Program-made: the position numbers and the translations under genes
Shown: positions 8,332-18,100 of the stretch, piece after piece
Position numbering within the stretch: the first letter of the stretch is position 1
Layout: every line of letters starts with the position of its first letter
The notes under the pieces: generated by a model
Databases searched by the model: none
Seen by the model: the letters and a program-made list of their open reading frames with translations, nothing else
What the model was told of the DNA's origin: nothing
Source of the DNA: Bacteroidales bacterium
Lineage (GTDB): Bacteria; Bacteroidota; Bacteroidia; Bacteroidales; UBA1402
Assembly: GCA_017380635.1 (NCBI GenBank)
Contig: JAFODP010000004.1
Span: 86,828 to 150,827 of the forward strand
DNA length: 64,000 nucleotides
Reading direction: 5' to 3'

Positions 8332-10599
8332 ATGATGGATCCTGATGGAAAATTGCCGGAAGTACAATCGGCCGACGATCTTATGATTGAAGCGGAATTT
8401 CAAGACCTGTTGCAAAAATATCTCAACAGCAATCACCGCAAGAAAGTAGACATCATCACCAAGGCTTTTCGCTTTGCTGAAAAGGCTCACCGCGGCATCA
8501 AACGTCGTTCGGGAGAGCCTTACATTATGCATCCGCTGGCAGTGGCCAAAATATGCTGCTGCGAAATTGGTCTAGGCTCTACCTCCATTTGCGCCGCCCT
8601 TTTGCACGACGTGGTGGAAGACACCGAATTTACCATCGAAGACATCAACCATCATTTCGGTGAAAAAATTGCGTCCATCGTCGAAGGTTTGACCAAAATT
8701 TCCGGTGGCATTTTCGGCGAACAAGCTTCTACACAAACCGAGAACTTCCGTCGTCTGTTGCTAACCATGGCAGAAGATATCCGCGTGATTCTCATCAAGA
8801 TGGCCGACCGTCTGCACAATATGCGTACCCTGGACGGACAACCGCCCCAAAAACGTTACAAAATTGCCGGCGAAACGCTTTATCTCTACGCGCCGTTGGC
8901 GCATCGTCTGGGTTTGAACCGTATCAAAACGGAGTTGGAGGACCTCAGTTTCAAGTACGAACATCCGCAGGAATACGAAGAAATTGCCCGCAAACTGGAA
9001 AACACCGCCGCCGATCGTCAGGAATTGTTCCAGCAATTTATCCAGCCTTTGAAAGACGCCTTGATCGATTTGGATATCCGCTACGAGATTAAAGATCGTG
9101 TCAAGTCGGTGTATTCCATCTGGAGCAAGATGCAGAAAAAACATCTTCATTTCGAAGATATCTACGACATTTTGGCCGTGCGCATCATTTTCGACGAACC
9201 CGAAAATCTGACTGCCGAAGAAGTGGAAGCTTGGGAAAAGAAGAAATGTTGGGGCATTTACGGCGCTGTTACCAATTTATATAAGCCGCATCCCGATCGT
9301 CTGCGCGACTGGATCAACAATCCGAAAGCCAATGGTTATCAGGCACTTCATACCACAGTGATGGGTCCTTCGGGCGAATGGGTAGAAGTACAAATCCGCA
9401 GCCGCCGTATGGATGTGATTGCCGAACGTGGTTTTGCCGCCCATTGGAAATACAAGGTGGACGAAATCGACGACGAAAACGATCTGAACCGTTGGATCCT
9501 CACCATCAAGGAAATTCTGGAAAGCCCGGAACCCAATTCCATCGATATGCTGGACACCATCAAGATGAATCTTTTCGCTTCGGAAATTTTTGTCTTTACG
9601 CCCAAGGGTGAAATTAAAACCATTGCGCAAGGTGCCACCGCGCTCGACTTTGCCTTCGAACTGCACAGCGAACTGGGTTATCATTGCATCGGCGCGAAAG
9701 CCAATCATCAGTTGGTGCCGATGAGCTACGTGCTGAAGAGCGGCGACCAGATTGAAATCCTCACTTCCGACAACCAATCGCCCAAATATGAATGGCTGAA
9801 ATATGTAAGCACCGGCAAGGCTTATTCCAAGATTCGCACGCGTTTGCGCAAACAAAACCGCGCCATGCTGAAAGAGGCTGAAAAGACGCTCAACGAATTT
9901 TTCATTCAGGAACGTTTATCGGCTTCGCCCGAAAATCTGCAAGTGTTGATGGAACATTTTGTCTGCGACAGCCGCGACGAACTTTTGATGAAGCTGGCGC
10001 GTCAGGAAATCAAATTGGACAGCAACCTGGCCGATCTGTACAAAAAATCGTCGGAAAGCACTTGGATGAAATACCTGAAAATATCGTTCAAGAAAAGCAA
10101 GAAAAACGAAAAATACGGCAAGGTCGACAAGAAAGCCATGCACAAACTCACCGAAGAAGCCATGCGCGATCGCTACATGCTGGCGCCTTGTTGTCAGCCT
10201 ATTCCCGGCGACGAAGTGGTGGGTTATGTAGAAAAAGACGGCAGCATTTCGGTACACAAACAGCATTGTCCGGTGGTGATGAAACTAAAGAGCAGCCACG
10301 GCAACAACATCATCTCGGCCGAATGGGCTACGCACAAAGCCATGTCGTTCCTGGCTTACCTCGAAATGACCGGCGTGGACGAAGTGGGTGTCATCAGTCA
10401 ATTGACGCGCATCGTTTCGGACGAATACAAAGTAAACATCCAAATGTTGCACATCGAAACCAAAGACGGCATTTTCAAGGGTTATCTGACGCTCTACATC
10501 CACGACGTGGAAGATCTCAACATCCTTATCGGCAAACTGCGCAGCCTGAAGTCCATCCGCGACGTAAAACGCATCGAAAAATCCGACTTGAAGTTCTAG
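8332..10599 (+). CDS. Bifunctional RelA/SpoT-family (p)ppGpp synthetase/hydrolase
   Basis: 755 aa. HD hydrolase motifs (HPLAVA...LLHDVVEDT), a synthetase domain (GYQALHTTV, RSRRMD), then TGS and C-terminal ACT-like regions. Confidence 0.9.
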   Translation: MMDPDGKLPEVQSADDLMIEAEFQDLLQKYLNSNHRKKVDIITKAFRFAEKAHRGIKRRSGEPYIMHPLAVAKICCCEIGLGSTSICAALLHDVVEDTEFTIEDINHHFGEKIASIVEGLTKISGGIFGEQASTQTENFRRLLLTMAEDIRVILIKMADRLHNMRTLDGQPPQKRYKIAGETLYLYAPLAHRLGLNRIKTELEDLSFKYEHPQEYEEIARKLENTAADRQELFQQFIQPLKDALIDLDIRYEIKDRVKSVYSIWSKMQKKHLHFEDIYDILAVRIIFDEPENLTAEEVEAWEKKKCWGIYGAVTNLYKPHPDRLRDWINNPKANGYQALHTTVMGPSGEWVEVQIRSRRMDVIAERGFAAHWKYKVDEIDDENDLNRWILTIKEILESPEPNSIDMLDTIKMNLFASEIFVFTPKGEIKTIAQGATALDFAFELHSELGYHCIGAKANHQLVPMSYVLKSGDQIEILTSDNQSPKYEWLKYVSTGKAYSKIRTRLRKQNRAMLKEAEKTLNEFFIQERLSASPENLQVLMEHFVCDSRDELLMKLARQEIKLDSNLADLYKKSSESTWMKYLKISFKKSKKNEKYGKVDKKAMHKLTEEAMRDRYMLAPCCQPIPGDEVVGYVEKDGSISVHKQHCPVVMKLKSSHGNNIISAEWATHKAMSFLAYLEMTGVDEVGVISQLTRIVSDEYKVNIQMLHIETKDGIFKGYLTLYIHDVEDLNILIGKLRSLKSIRDVKRIEKSDLKF

Positions 10600-10674
10600 G
10601 ATTTCAACCACCGACAATTACGGTAATGCTTGCTGAAAACCGACTTTTCGGTAATGTAAAAACGACCAAAAACA

Positions 10675-10706
10675 AAGGGAACGACTTTAGAGCCGTTCCC
10701 TTTTTA
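10675..10706. terminator. Rho-independent, probably bidirectional terminator between convergent relA-like and alaS genes
   Basis: Inverted repeat AAGGGAACG (10675-10683) / CGTTCCCTT (10694-10702). It is followed by a T-run on the plus strand and preceded by an A-run, which reads as a T-run on the minus strand. Confidence 0.6.
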
Positions 10707-10833
10707 TATACATTTCGCAATTATCACAGACACTTACATCTGCTTTGTCAGAATTGATGAAATGCGGTGGCGATGAAATTTGGGGCGAAGGGAGTTTACT
10801 GGAGTAAATGACCGAGCCCCATAATTGAAATCG

Positions 10834-10891
10834 GCGCCGCAGTTCGCAATTATCACAAAGCAGCGCCGTAGTTCGCAATTATCACAAAGCC
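10834..10891. repeat. 29-bp tandem duplication spanning the alaS stop codon
   Basis: Copy 1 is 10834-10862 and copy 2 is 10863-10891. By my alignment they differ at 2 positions. The 15-nt core TTCGCAATTATCACA also recurs at 10714-10728. Confidence 0.8.
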
Positions 10892-13494
10892 GCAATCACT
10901 GAATCTAAGGCAGCTTGCAAGCCTGCAACATCCTTACCGCCGGCCACAGCAAAATGAGCCTGACCACCGCCATTACCTTTAATATGTTGGGCAGCCTGAC
11001 GCACCATTGCACCAGCATTCATACCTTTATCTACCAATGCAGCACCCAAAGCAATCGTGATGAGAGGTTTGCCATCGTATTGAGTAGCAGCTACAAACAA
11101 GAGATTATCGCCACATTCGCCACGAAGTTGGAAAGCGATATCTTTCACTTGGTCGGCAGGCATTTCAGCACAGATAGAAGCCACATCTACTCCATTGATT
11201 TGACGGATGTTAGCCTTGATCTCTTCTTTAACAGCCTTGGCTTTTTCGGCCATGAAAGTATCCACTTGCTTTTTCAGTTGCTTGTTTTCTTCCATCATCT
11301 TGCGGATAGCCTCAGCTACATTACCGGTGTTGTTGAACATCGATTTGATATCGGCCAAAGTATCTTTCAAAGCATCGGTATAATCTTCCACCACTTCGGC
11401 GGTGATGGCTTCGATACGACGGATACCGGCAGCGATAGAACTTTCATTCTGAATACGGAAAGCACCGATACGACCGGTGTTGCTGATATGTGTACCACCA
11501 CAAAGTTCCACCGATTCGCCATAACGAACCACGCGCACTTCGTCGCCATACTTTTCACCAAAAAGAGCCATAGCACCCAAGGCGCGAGCCTCAGCAATAG
11601 GCATATTGCGATGTTCGTCCAAATCGATGCAAGCACGGATCTTGGCATTCACCTTGTGTTCCACCAAGCGAATTTCTTCTTCGCTAAGTTTTTGGAAATG
11701 AGAGAAGTCAAAACGCAAGAGAGCATCGTTTACATAAGAACCTTTCTGTTCTACGTGCGTACCCAACACTTCGCGCAAAGCTTCGTGCAAGAGGTGCGTA
11801 GCCGTGTGGTTGGCAGAAATCTTGGCACGACGAGGCGCATTCACCACCGCCTTGAAAGTTGCTGCAGGATCTTCGGGCATCGTATCGACAATATGTACAC
11901 TCAGGTTGTTTTCTTTCTTCACATCACGAACAGTAATTTTCTTGCCATCGGCTTCGAGATAACCCATATCGCCAACCTGACCACCCATTTCAGCATAGAA
12001 AGGTGTGCGATCTAAAGCAATCTGATAGAAAGATTTACCCTTCTGAGCCACCTTGCGATAACGGATGATTTCGGCTTCACATTCCAGAAAATCGTAACCT
12101 ACGAAACTTTGTTCGGCATCTTTCAGGATAACCCAGTCGCCGGTTTCGATGGCAGCTGCGTTGCGGGCACGCTCTTTCTGCTGTTGCATTTCTGCGTTGA
12201 AACCTTCGATATCGGCCTCCATATTATTTTCGCGGAGAATGAGCTCGGTCAAATCCAAGGGGAAACCATAAGTATCGTAAAGCGTGAAAATATCTTTACC
12301 ATCTACCAAAGTTTTGCCGGCAGCTTTTTGCGCAGCCATCACCTTATCGAGCAACTTGATACCGGTTTCGAGTGTACGCAAGAAGGCTTCTTCCTCTTCT
12401 TTGATAACGCGTTCCACCAAAGTTTGTTGAGCCTGCAATTCGGGATAAGCACTACCCATAGAATCGATGAGCGCGGGCAACAGACGATACAAGAAAGCCT
12501 GACGACGATCCAGGAAAGTGTAACCATAACGCACCGCACGACGCAAAATACGACGAATCACATAACCGGCTTTAGCATTCGAAGGCAACTGTCCATCGGT
12601 GATAGAGAAAGCGATGGTACGGATATGGTCGGCAATCACGCGCATAGCGATATCCACTTTTTCGTCCTGACCATAAGTCTTGTCGCAAAGTGCAGCGATT
12701 TCTTTAATAATAGGTTGGAAAACGTCGGTATCGTAATTAGAAGTCTTGCCTTGAACAGCCATACACAAACGTTCGAAGCCCATACCGGTATCGATATGAC
12801 GAGCGGGCAAAGATTCCAAAGAACCGTCGGCCTTGCGGTTGAACTGCATGAACACGAGGTTCCAGATTTCAATTACCTGAGGATGATTTTCGTTTACCAA
12901 GCTAAGACCATCTACCAAAGCGCGTTCGCTGTCGGGACGAAGGTCGATATGAATTTCAGAGCAAGGACCGCAAGGACCCGTATCGCCCATTTCCCAGAAG
13001 TTGTCGTGCTTGTTACCATTAATAATACGTTCTTCGGGAAGATATTTTGCCCAGATAGAGGCAGCTTCGTCGTCACGGCTCAAGCCTTCGGCAGGACTTC
13101 CTTCGAACACGGTGGCATACAAACGATCTTTGTCGAGCTTCAATACATCGGTGAGATATTCCCAAGCCCAGTCGATGGCTTCTTTCTTGAAATAATCGCC
13201 GAACGACCAGTTGCCCAACATTTCGAACATGGTATGATGATAGGTATCGTGACCTACTTCTTCCAAGTCGTTGTGCTTACCGCTGACGCGCAGACATTTC
13301 TGAGAGTCGGCCACACGAGGATATTTCGCCGCCGCCTGTCCCAGGAAAATATCCTTGAACTGGTTCATACCGGCATTGGTAAACATCAAAGTGGGGTCGT
13401 CCTTCACTACCATCGGAGCAGAAGGCACAATTTGGTGTCCTTTCGAAGCGAAAAAACTTTTAAACGATTCACGAATTTCTTTAGCACCTAACAT
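10882..13494 (-). CDS. alaS: Alanine--tRNA ligase
   Basis: AlaRS motifs are [23 protein letters not shown] and an editing domain with HTATHLLH. I place the start at [15 protein letters not shown] (ATG at 13494) rather than the ORF-track upstream extension to 13608. Confidence 0.95.
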   Translation of the reverse strand: MLGAKEIRESFKSFFASKGHQIVPSAPMVVKDDPTLMFTNAGMNQFKDIFLGQAAAKYPRVADSQKCLRVSGKHNDLEEVGHDTYHHTMFEMLGNWSFGDYFKKEAIDWAWEYLTDVLKLDKDRLYATVFEGSPAEGLSRDDEAASIWAKYLPEERIINGNKHDNFWEMGDTGPCGPCSEIHIDLRPDSERALVDGLSLVNENHPQVIEIWNLVFMQFNRKADGSLESLPARHIDTGMGFERLCMAVQGKTSNYDTDVFQPIIKEIAALCDKTYGQDEKVDIAMRVIADHIRTIAFSITDGQLPSNAKAGYVIRRILRRAVRYGYTFLDRRQAFLYRLLPALIDSMGSAYPELQAQQTLVERVIKEEEEAFLRTLETGIKLLDKVMAAQKAAGKTLVDGKDIFTLYDTYGFPLDLTELILRENNMEADIEGFNAEMQQQKERARNAAAIETGDWVILKDAEQSFVGYDFLECEAEIIRYRKVAQKGKSFYQIALDRTPFYAEMGGQVGDMGYLEADGKKITVRDVKKENNLSVHIVDTMPEDPAATFKAVVNAPRRAKISANHTATHLLHEALREVLGTHVEQKGSYVNDALLRFDFSHFQKLSEEEIRLVEHKVNAKIRACIDLDEHRNMPIAEARALGAMALFGEKYGDEVRVVRYGESVELCGGTHISNTGRIGAFRIQNESSIAAGIRRIEAITAEVVEDYTDALKDTLADIKSMFNNTGNVAEAIRKMMEENKQLKKQVDTFMAEKAKAVKEEIKANIRQINGVDVASICAEMPADQVKDIAFQLRGECGDNLLFVAATQYDGKPLITIALGAALVDKGMNAGAMVRQAAQHIKGNGGGQAHFAVAGGKDVAGLQAALDSVIAAL

Positions 13495-13601
13495 AATATC
13501 TAATTTTAAACGGCCGCAAAAGTACAATATTTTTGTCATATCATTGTTTTGTCGATAAGATAAAAATAACTTATTTTTGCCCCATCGAAAAAATGTAAAA
13601 C

Positions 13602-14579
13602 GTGGCAAGAAAAAACACCAAATATCGTTTCAACGAAGAAACCCTGAATTTTGAGCCTTATCAGCCATCGGCGCTGAACAGGTTCTGGAGTGTATTTTCC
13701 AATTGTGTGCTGGCCGCCTTGCTCGGACTTGCCGCATTCCTCATTTACAATCATTTATTCGACTCGCCCGAAACCAAACAATTGCGCGAAGAAAACAGCC
13801 GTTTGGCCATGCAATACGAATTGCTTTCGCGTCAACTGGACGAAATTGACGAAGTATTGGCCGAACTGGAACAACGCGACGACAACATGTACCGCGCCAT
13901 TCTGCAGAGCGAACCGGTAGAAAACCGCAAAGGCAATTTCGACAAAAGCAACCGCTACGAACAATGGTCTGATTTGAATCATTACGCTTTGGTAAGAAAA
14001 ACCAGCAAGAATATCGACGAATTGTCGCGCCGCATTTATCTGCAATCGAAATCGTACGACGAGCTGGTAGCCATGATGAAAAACAACGAAGACCGCATGC
14101 GACACACGCCTGCTATTCAGCCTGTTAAACATGCCGGACTGAAACGCGAAGCTTCCGGTTACGGTTGGCGAATCGACCCCATTTACAACTATCGCAAATT
14201 TCACGAAGGCATCGACTTTTCGCTTCCCGTGGGCAACGACGTTTATGCCACCGCCGATGGTGTTATTTCTCATATCGGTTATCAACGAGGCGGTTATGGT
14301 TATCTGATTAAAATCGATCATGGCTATGGCTACGAAACACGTTACGCTCACCTCAAACTCAATTCGGCCAAAGTGAAGAAAGGCCAAAAAGTGAAACGTG
14401 GCGATGTGATTGCCCTGAGCGGCCATACCGGAAAATCTACCGCACCTCACTTGCATTACGAAGTGCGCATCAACGGAAAACCCGACAATCCCATTCACTA
14501 TTTCTTCAAGGATCTTACCGCCGAAGAATACGACGACATGCTGATGGAACTCTCCAACTCGGGCGTTCCCATGGACTAA
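13602..14579 (+). CDS. M23-family metallopeptidase (membrane-anchored)
   Basis: 325 aa with an apparent GTG start at 13602. One TM helix, a coiled-coil segment, and M23 motifs HEGIDF and [24 protein letters not shown]. Confidence 0.85.
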   Translation: MARKNTKYRFNEETLNFEPYQPSALNRFWSVFSNCVLAALLGLAAFLIYNHLFDSPETKQLREENSRLAMQYELLSRQLDEIDEVLAELEQRDDNMYRAILQSEPVENRKGNFDKSNRYEQWSDLNHYALVRKTSKNIDELSRRIYLQSKSYDELVAMMKNNEDRMRHTPAIQPVKHAGLKREASGYGWRIDPIYNYRKFHEGIDFSLPVGNDVYATADGVISHIGYQRGGYGYLIKIDHGYGYETRYAHLKLNSAKVKKGQKVKRGDVIALSGHTGKSTAPHLHYEVRINGKPDNPIHYFFKDLTAEEYDDMLMELSNSGVPMD

Positions 14580-14613
14580 TTTTTCCCGATTTCACCGCTG
14601 ATTTTCCTTAAGC

Positions 14614-14937
14614 ATGAAACAATTTTACTCCATCAAAGAAGTGGCCGAATTGTTGGGCGTTTCTCAGCCCACTTTGCGTTATTGGGAAGAACAGTTCGAC
14701 AATATCCGTCCGCACAAAAGCCAAGGTGGCACGCGTCGTTACGACCAAAAATGCATCGATGAAATCCGCCGGGTACAACATCTTCTCAAAGAGCAGAAAC
14801 TCTCCATTGCCGATGCTCGCATTGCACTGAAAAACAAACGCGACAAAATTGACAGCCGCCTCGAACTTCTGCAACGCTTGGAAAGCCTCCGCGACCGGCT
14901 AAATCAACTCAAAGACAGCTTGGACGAGAACTGTTAA
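14614..14937 (+). CDS. MerR-family HTH transcriptional regulator (small)
   Basis: 107 aa. YSIKEVAELLGVSQPTLRYWEEQF is a MerR-type HTH. The tail is coiled-coil. Confidence 0.8.
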   Translation: MKQFYSIKEVAELLGVSQPTLRYWEEQFDNIRPHKSQGGTRRYDQKCIDEIRRVQHLLKEQKLSIADARIALKNKRDKIDSRLELLQRLESLRDRLNQLKDSLDENC

Positions 14938-14973
14938 ATCCTTTCACTTATCAAAGCGATTTTTTAATCATTT

Positions 14974-15005
14974 TTTGGTATATCAGATTTTATACCTTAT
15001 ATTTG
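14974..15005 (+). promoter_or_regulatory. Candidate Bacteroidota sigma-A promoter for the 1780-aa gene
   Basis: TTTG (14974-14977), a 20-nt spacer, then TATATTTG (14998-15005), matching the TTTG/TAnnTTTG consensus. It lies about 145 nt upstream of the ATG. Motif match only. Confidence 0.3.
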
Positions 15006-15150
15006 ACCGCTTTTTGGGTACTCTTCCGAAATGGCGGCCACAGCGGTGTTTCCGCCGAAGAATACACACGGAGCCAGCGATATATTTTATCGCTTGATTA
15101 TCAGAGAATTATTTTTTATCTATTAACTTTTTTATTAACTATTTTAATTC

Positions 15151-18100
15151 ATGCTTATGAAAAAATTTTTCAAAAACTGCGCCATGTTTATCGCATTGGC
15201 CGCAATGAGCTTGAGTTTGAATGCTGCTGCTCCTGGCGATGATTTGACCTCATCGTTCGTGAATGCAAATTTTGCAGACGGAGCTAACGGCTGGACCGTA
15301 GCAGCAAAAGACATGAGCAAAATCACCTATGCTACTGCTACGGGTGAGTTTGGTTTCGAAGGCACCTTCTTGAAAGCAGAAAGTGCTAAGAAATTCCAAG
15401 ACTACTCAGTTGCTCAAGAAGTAACTGGTCTTCCTTTGGGAGATTATGAAGTAAGCGCTAAGATTTACCAAATTGAAGAAACCAACTATGGTAAAGGTGG
15501 TGCAACTTTGTATGTTAACAGCAGCAACAAAAAAGCTGGTAACTCAAGCGCTGCCGGTGCAGCATCTGTAACCGTTGCAACCCGCGTTGCTGATGGCAAG
15601 ATGAAAGTTGAATTCAAGCACACCGGTGGTAACCGTAACACCATCGTTGCATTCGGCGACTTGAAAGTTGTTTTGAAATCTATTCCCGAATTGGCTTCTG
15701 CATTGGCTACCGCTGAAACTTTCGCTGACCAAAAAATGTTGGACGATTATTCAGCTCGTTATGATACCGCTATCGCTGCTGCTAAGGCTCACAGCGGTGT
15801 AGTTGATGCTGAATACATGGCTCTTTGCACCGAACTCGAAACTTTGAACGCTGCTGCTCAGGGTTCTATCGACGATTTCGCTGCTTATGCTGCTGCCATC
15901 GCTAAGGCTGAAGCTTTCGTTGCCGCCAGCACTATCGCTGACAAGGCTGCTATCCAAGCTACTATCGCAGAACACAAAGCCAACTACGAAATTGCTGCTC
16001 AGAGTCCTAAGGCTCAGGGTTGGATTGCTGCTTTGGAATTGGCAGTTGGTCAGTTCGACGCAACTTATTTCGTTGTTAACCCCAGCTTCACCGATGGTTT
16101 GAATGGTTGGACTTTGGACACTGTTGCCAAGAATGCAAAATCTCCCATCGTTGTTGAATATGTTGCTGATCAGAAGGGCATCAAGAATGCCATCTATCTG
16201 CACAACACCTTGAACGAAAAGCAAGCTTTCAAGAAAGTAGAACTTTCTCAGACCGTTACTGGTTTGCCCAATGGTGACTACTATGTGAATGCTAAGGCTT
16301 GGAGAAACGAAGGTGGCAACTACACCAAGGGTACCATCACTCTGTTTGCTAACGCCAAGAGCGGCAAGTTCAGCAACTCTACTGCTGATGCTTGTGGTAC
16401 TGCAAAAGTAAAAGTTCGCGTTACCGACGGTACTTTGACCCTTAAGATTTCTGAAACCGACAGCCGTAATGGTGATTTGATGTTCGGTGAAATCAATTTG
16501 GAATACAAGGGCTTCGAAAGCTGGGCTAAGATCAACGGTACTACCGCTACTGCTAGTTGCATCGAAGAATTTGTTGACGCATTGAAAGACGCTTCATTCG
16601 ACGGTCAGGACGTTACTATCGAATTGACCTCTGGTAGCCTCTACAAATTGGCTGCTAACAACAGCGCTCCCGAACATGCTGCATTCAAGAGCTTGACCAT
16701 CAAGTCTACCGCTGGTGCCCAGATTGCAGGTCGTATCACTCCTGCTTTGGCTAAGATGGAAAACTTGACCTACGACGGTTTGACCTTCGTTGCATGGCCT
16801 GACGGTTCTGCTGAAAACGCCACTTCTATCAACTTCTTCAAGGGTGATGATGGTGACTCTATCAAGGTTTTGACCGTTAAGAACTGTACTTTCCAAGATT
16901 TGGGTGCTGAACAAATTATCGCTCACCGCGGTAACAGCTTCAACCAAACCATCGAAACCATCATCTTCACCAACAATACCATCAATAACTATGGTATGTC
17001 GAAGGCTGATGGTGGTAACCACCCCTTCCAGATCAACAAGGGTTGTACCAACAACTTCATCATGACTGAAAACGTGTTCAACAACTGGGCTGGTAAGCAA
17101 TTCTTGAACTTTGGTAATATGTCTACCATCGTGGGTTCAGACTCTATCATCACCATCACTGTTGAAAACAACGTATTCAATGGTTGGGATAGCTACAGTG
17201 TTAACCATACCGACAGCACCATCGCTACCGATAGCAGAAATGCTCACTGGTTCCTCGAATTCAGCAACAACATGAGCAAGGGTATCAAGTTGGACATCAA
17301 CAACAACTTGTTCTTCCACAACATTATTGATTCTGCTGAAAACAAATATCCCGTTTCTGCTGGTATCAACTTCACCAAGGATTTGAACGATGCTTATGCT
17401 GCAAACTCTGAAATCAGCCTTGTTGGTAACTTGTTGATTCCTGATTCTGTTTTGAACCTCCGCAACATTAATCCCGCATTCGAAGCTGCTGTTGAACTCC
17501 CCAGCAATGCCAAGGATTACATTGAAAAGTTCAAATCATTCAAACGTGAAAACAAGTTCCAGAAGGACTTCCCCGAATTTGTTTATGTTGCTGGTGAAAA
17601 GATGTTGACCTCTCATCCTATGTACACCGCCGGTAAGGATGGTAAGTACATTGGTATTGCTGATATGTACTATGATTTCGCCGCAACCGAAGTTGGTGCT
17701 ACCGTTAGCACTGCTGATGGTTTGATCCAGGCTATGGGTTATACTTTCGAAGGCGTTGAACATCCTGTTATCACTATGTTGGATTGCACCGACGAAGGTG
17801 GTGTATATAACGTAGGTACTGGTTATAAGAAGATGGGTGCTCATGCCAACTTGACTATCAAGGCTGCTGCCGGTGCTACTCCTGTAGTAAGCGGTACTTT
17901 GGCTGGTGCTAACTACAACATGGAAAGCTTGACCATCGAAGGTCTGAAATTCATCGCCGGTGGTAACCCCATCCAGATGATGAATGCTAAGGACTCTATC
18001 GATGTTTTGACCGTTAAGAACTGTACTTTCGAACAGTTTGGTGCTGAACAAGTTGGTTTGTTCCGTGCTGCTAACGGTTATCTTGGCAAATTCGTATTCG

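Noticed and set aside
15003-15242. A small ORF (79 aa, TTG start) overlapping the promoter and 5' end of the 1780-aa gene. Other short intergenic ORFs belong here too: 4331-4525, 10687-10878, 28314-28505 and 56653-56835.
   Set aside because: They have non-canonical starts, overlap better-supported features (promoter motifs, terminators, real genes) and have no motif content.
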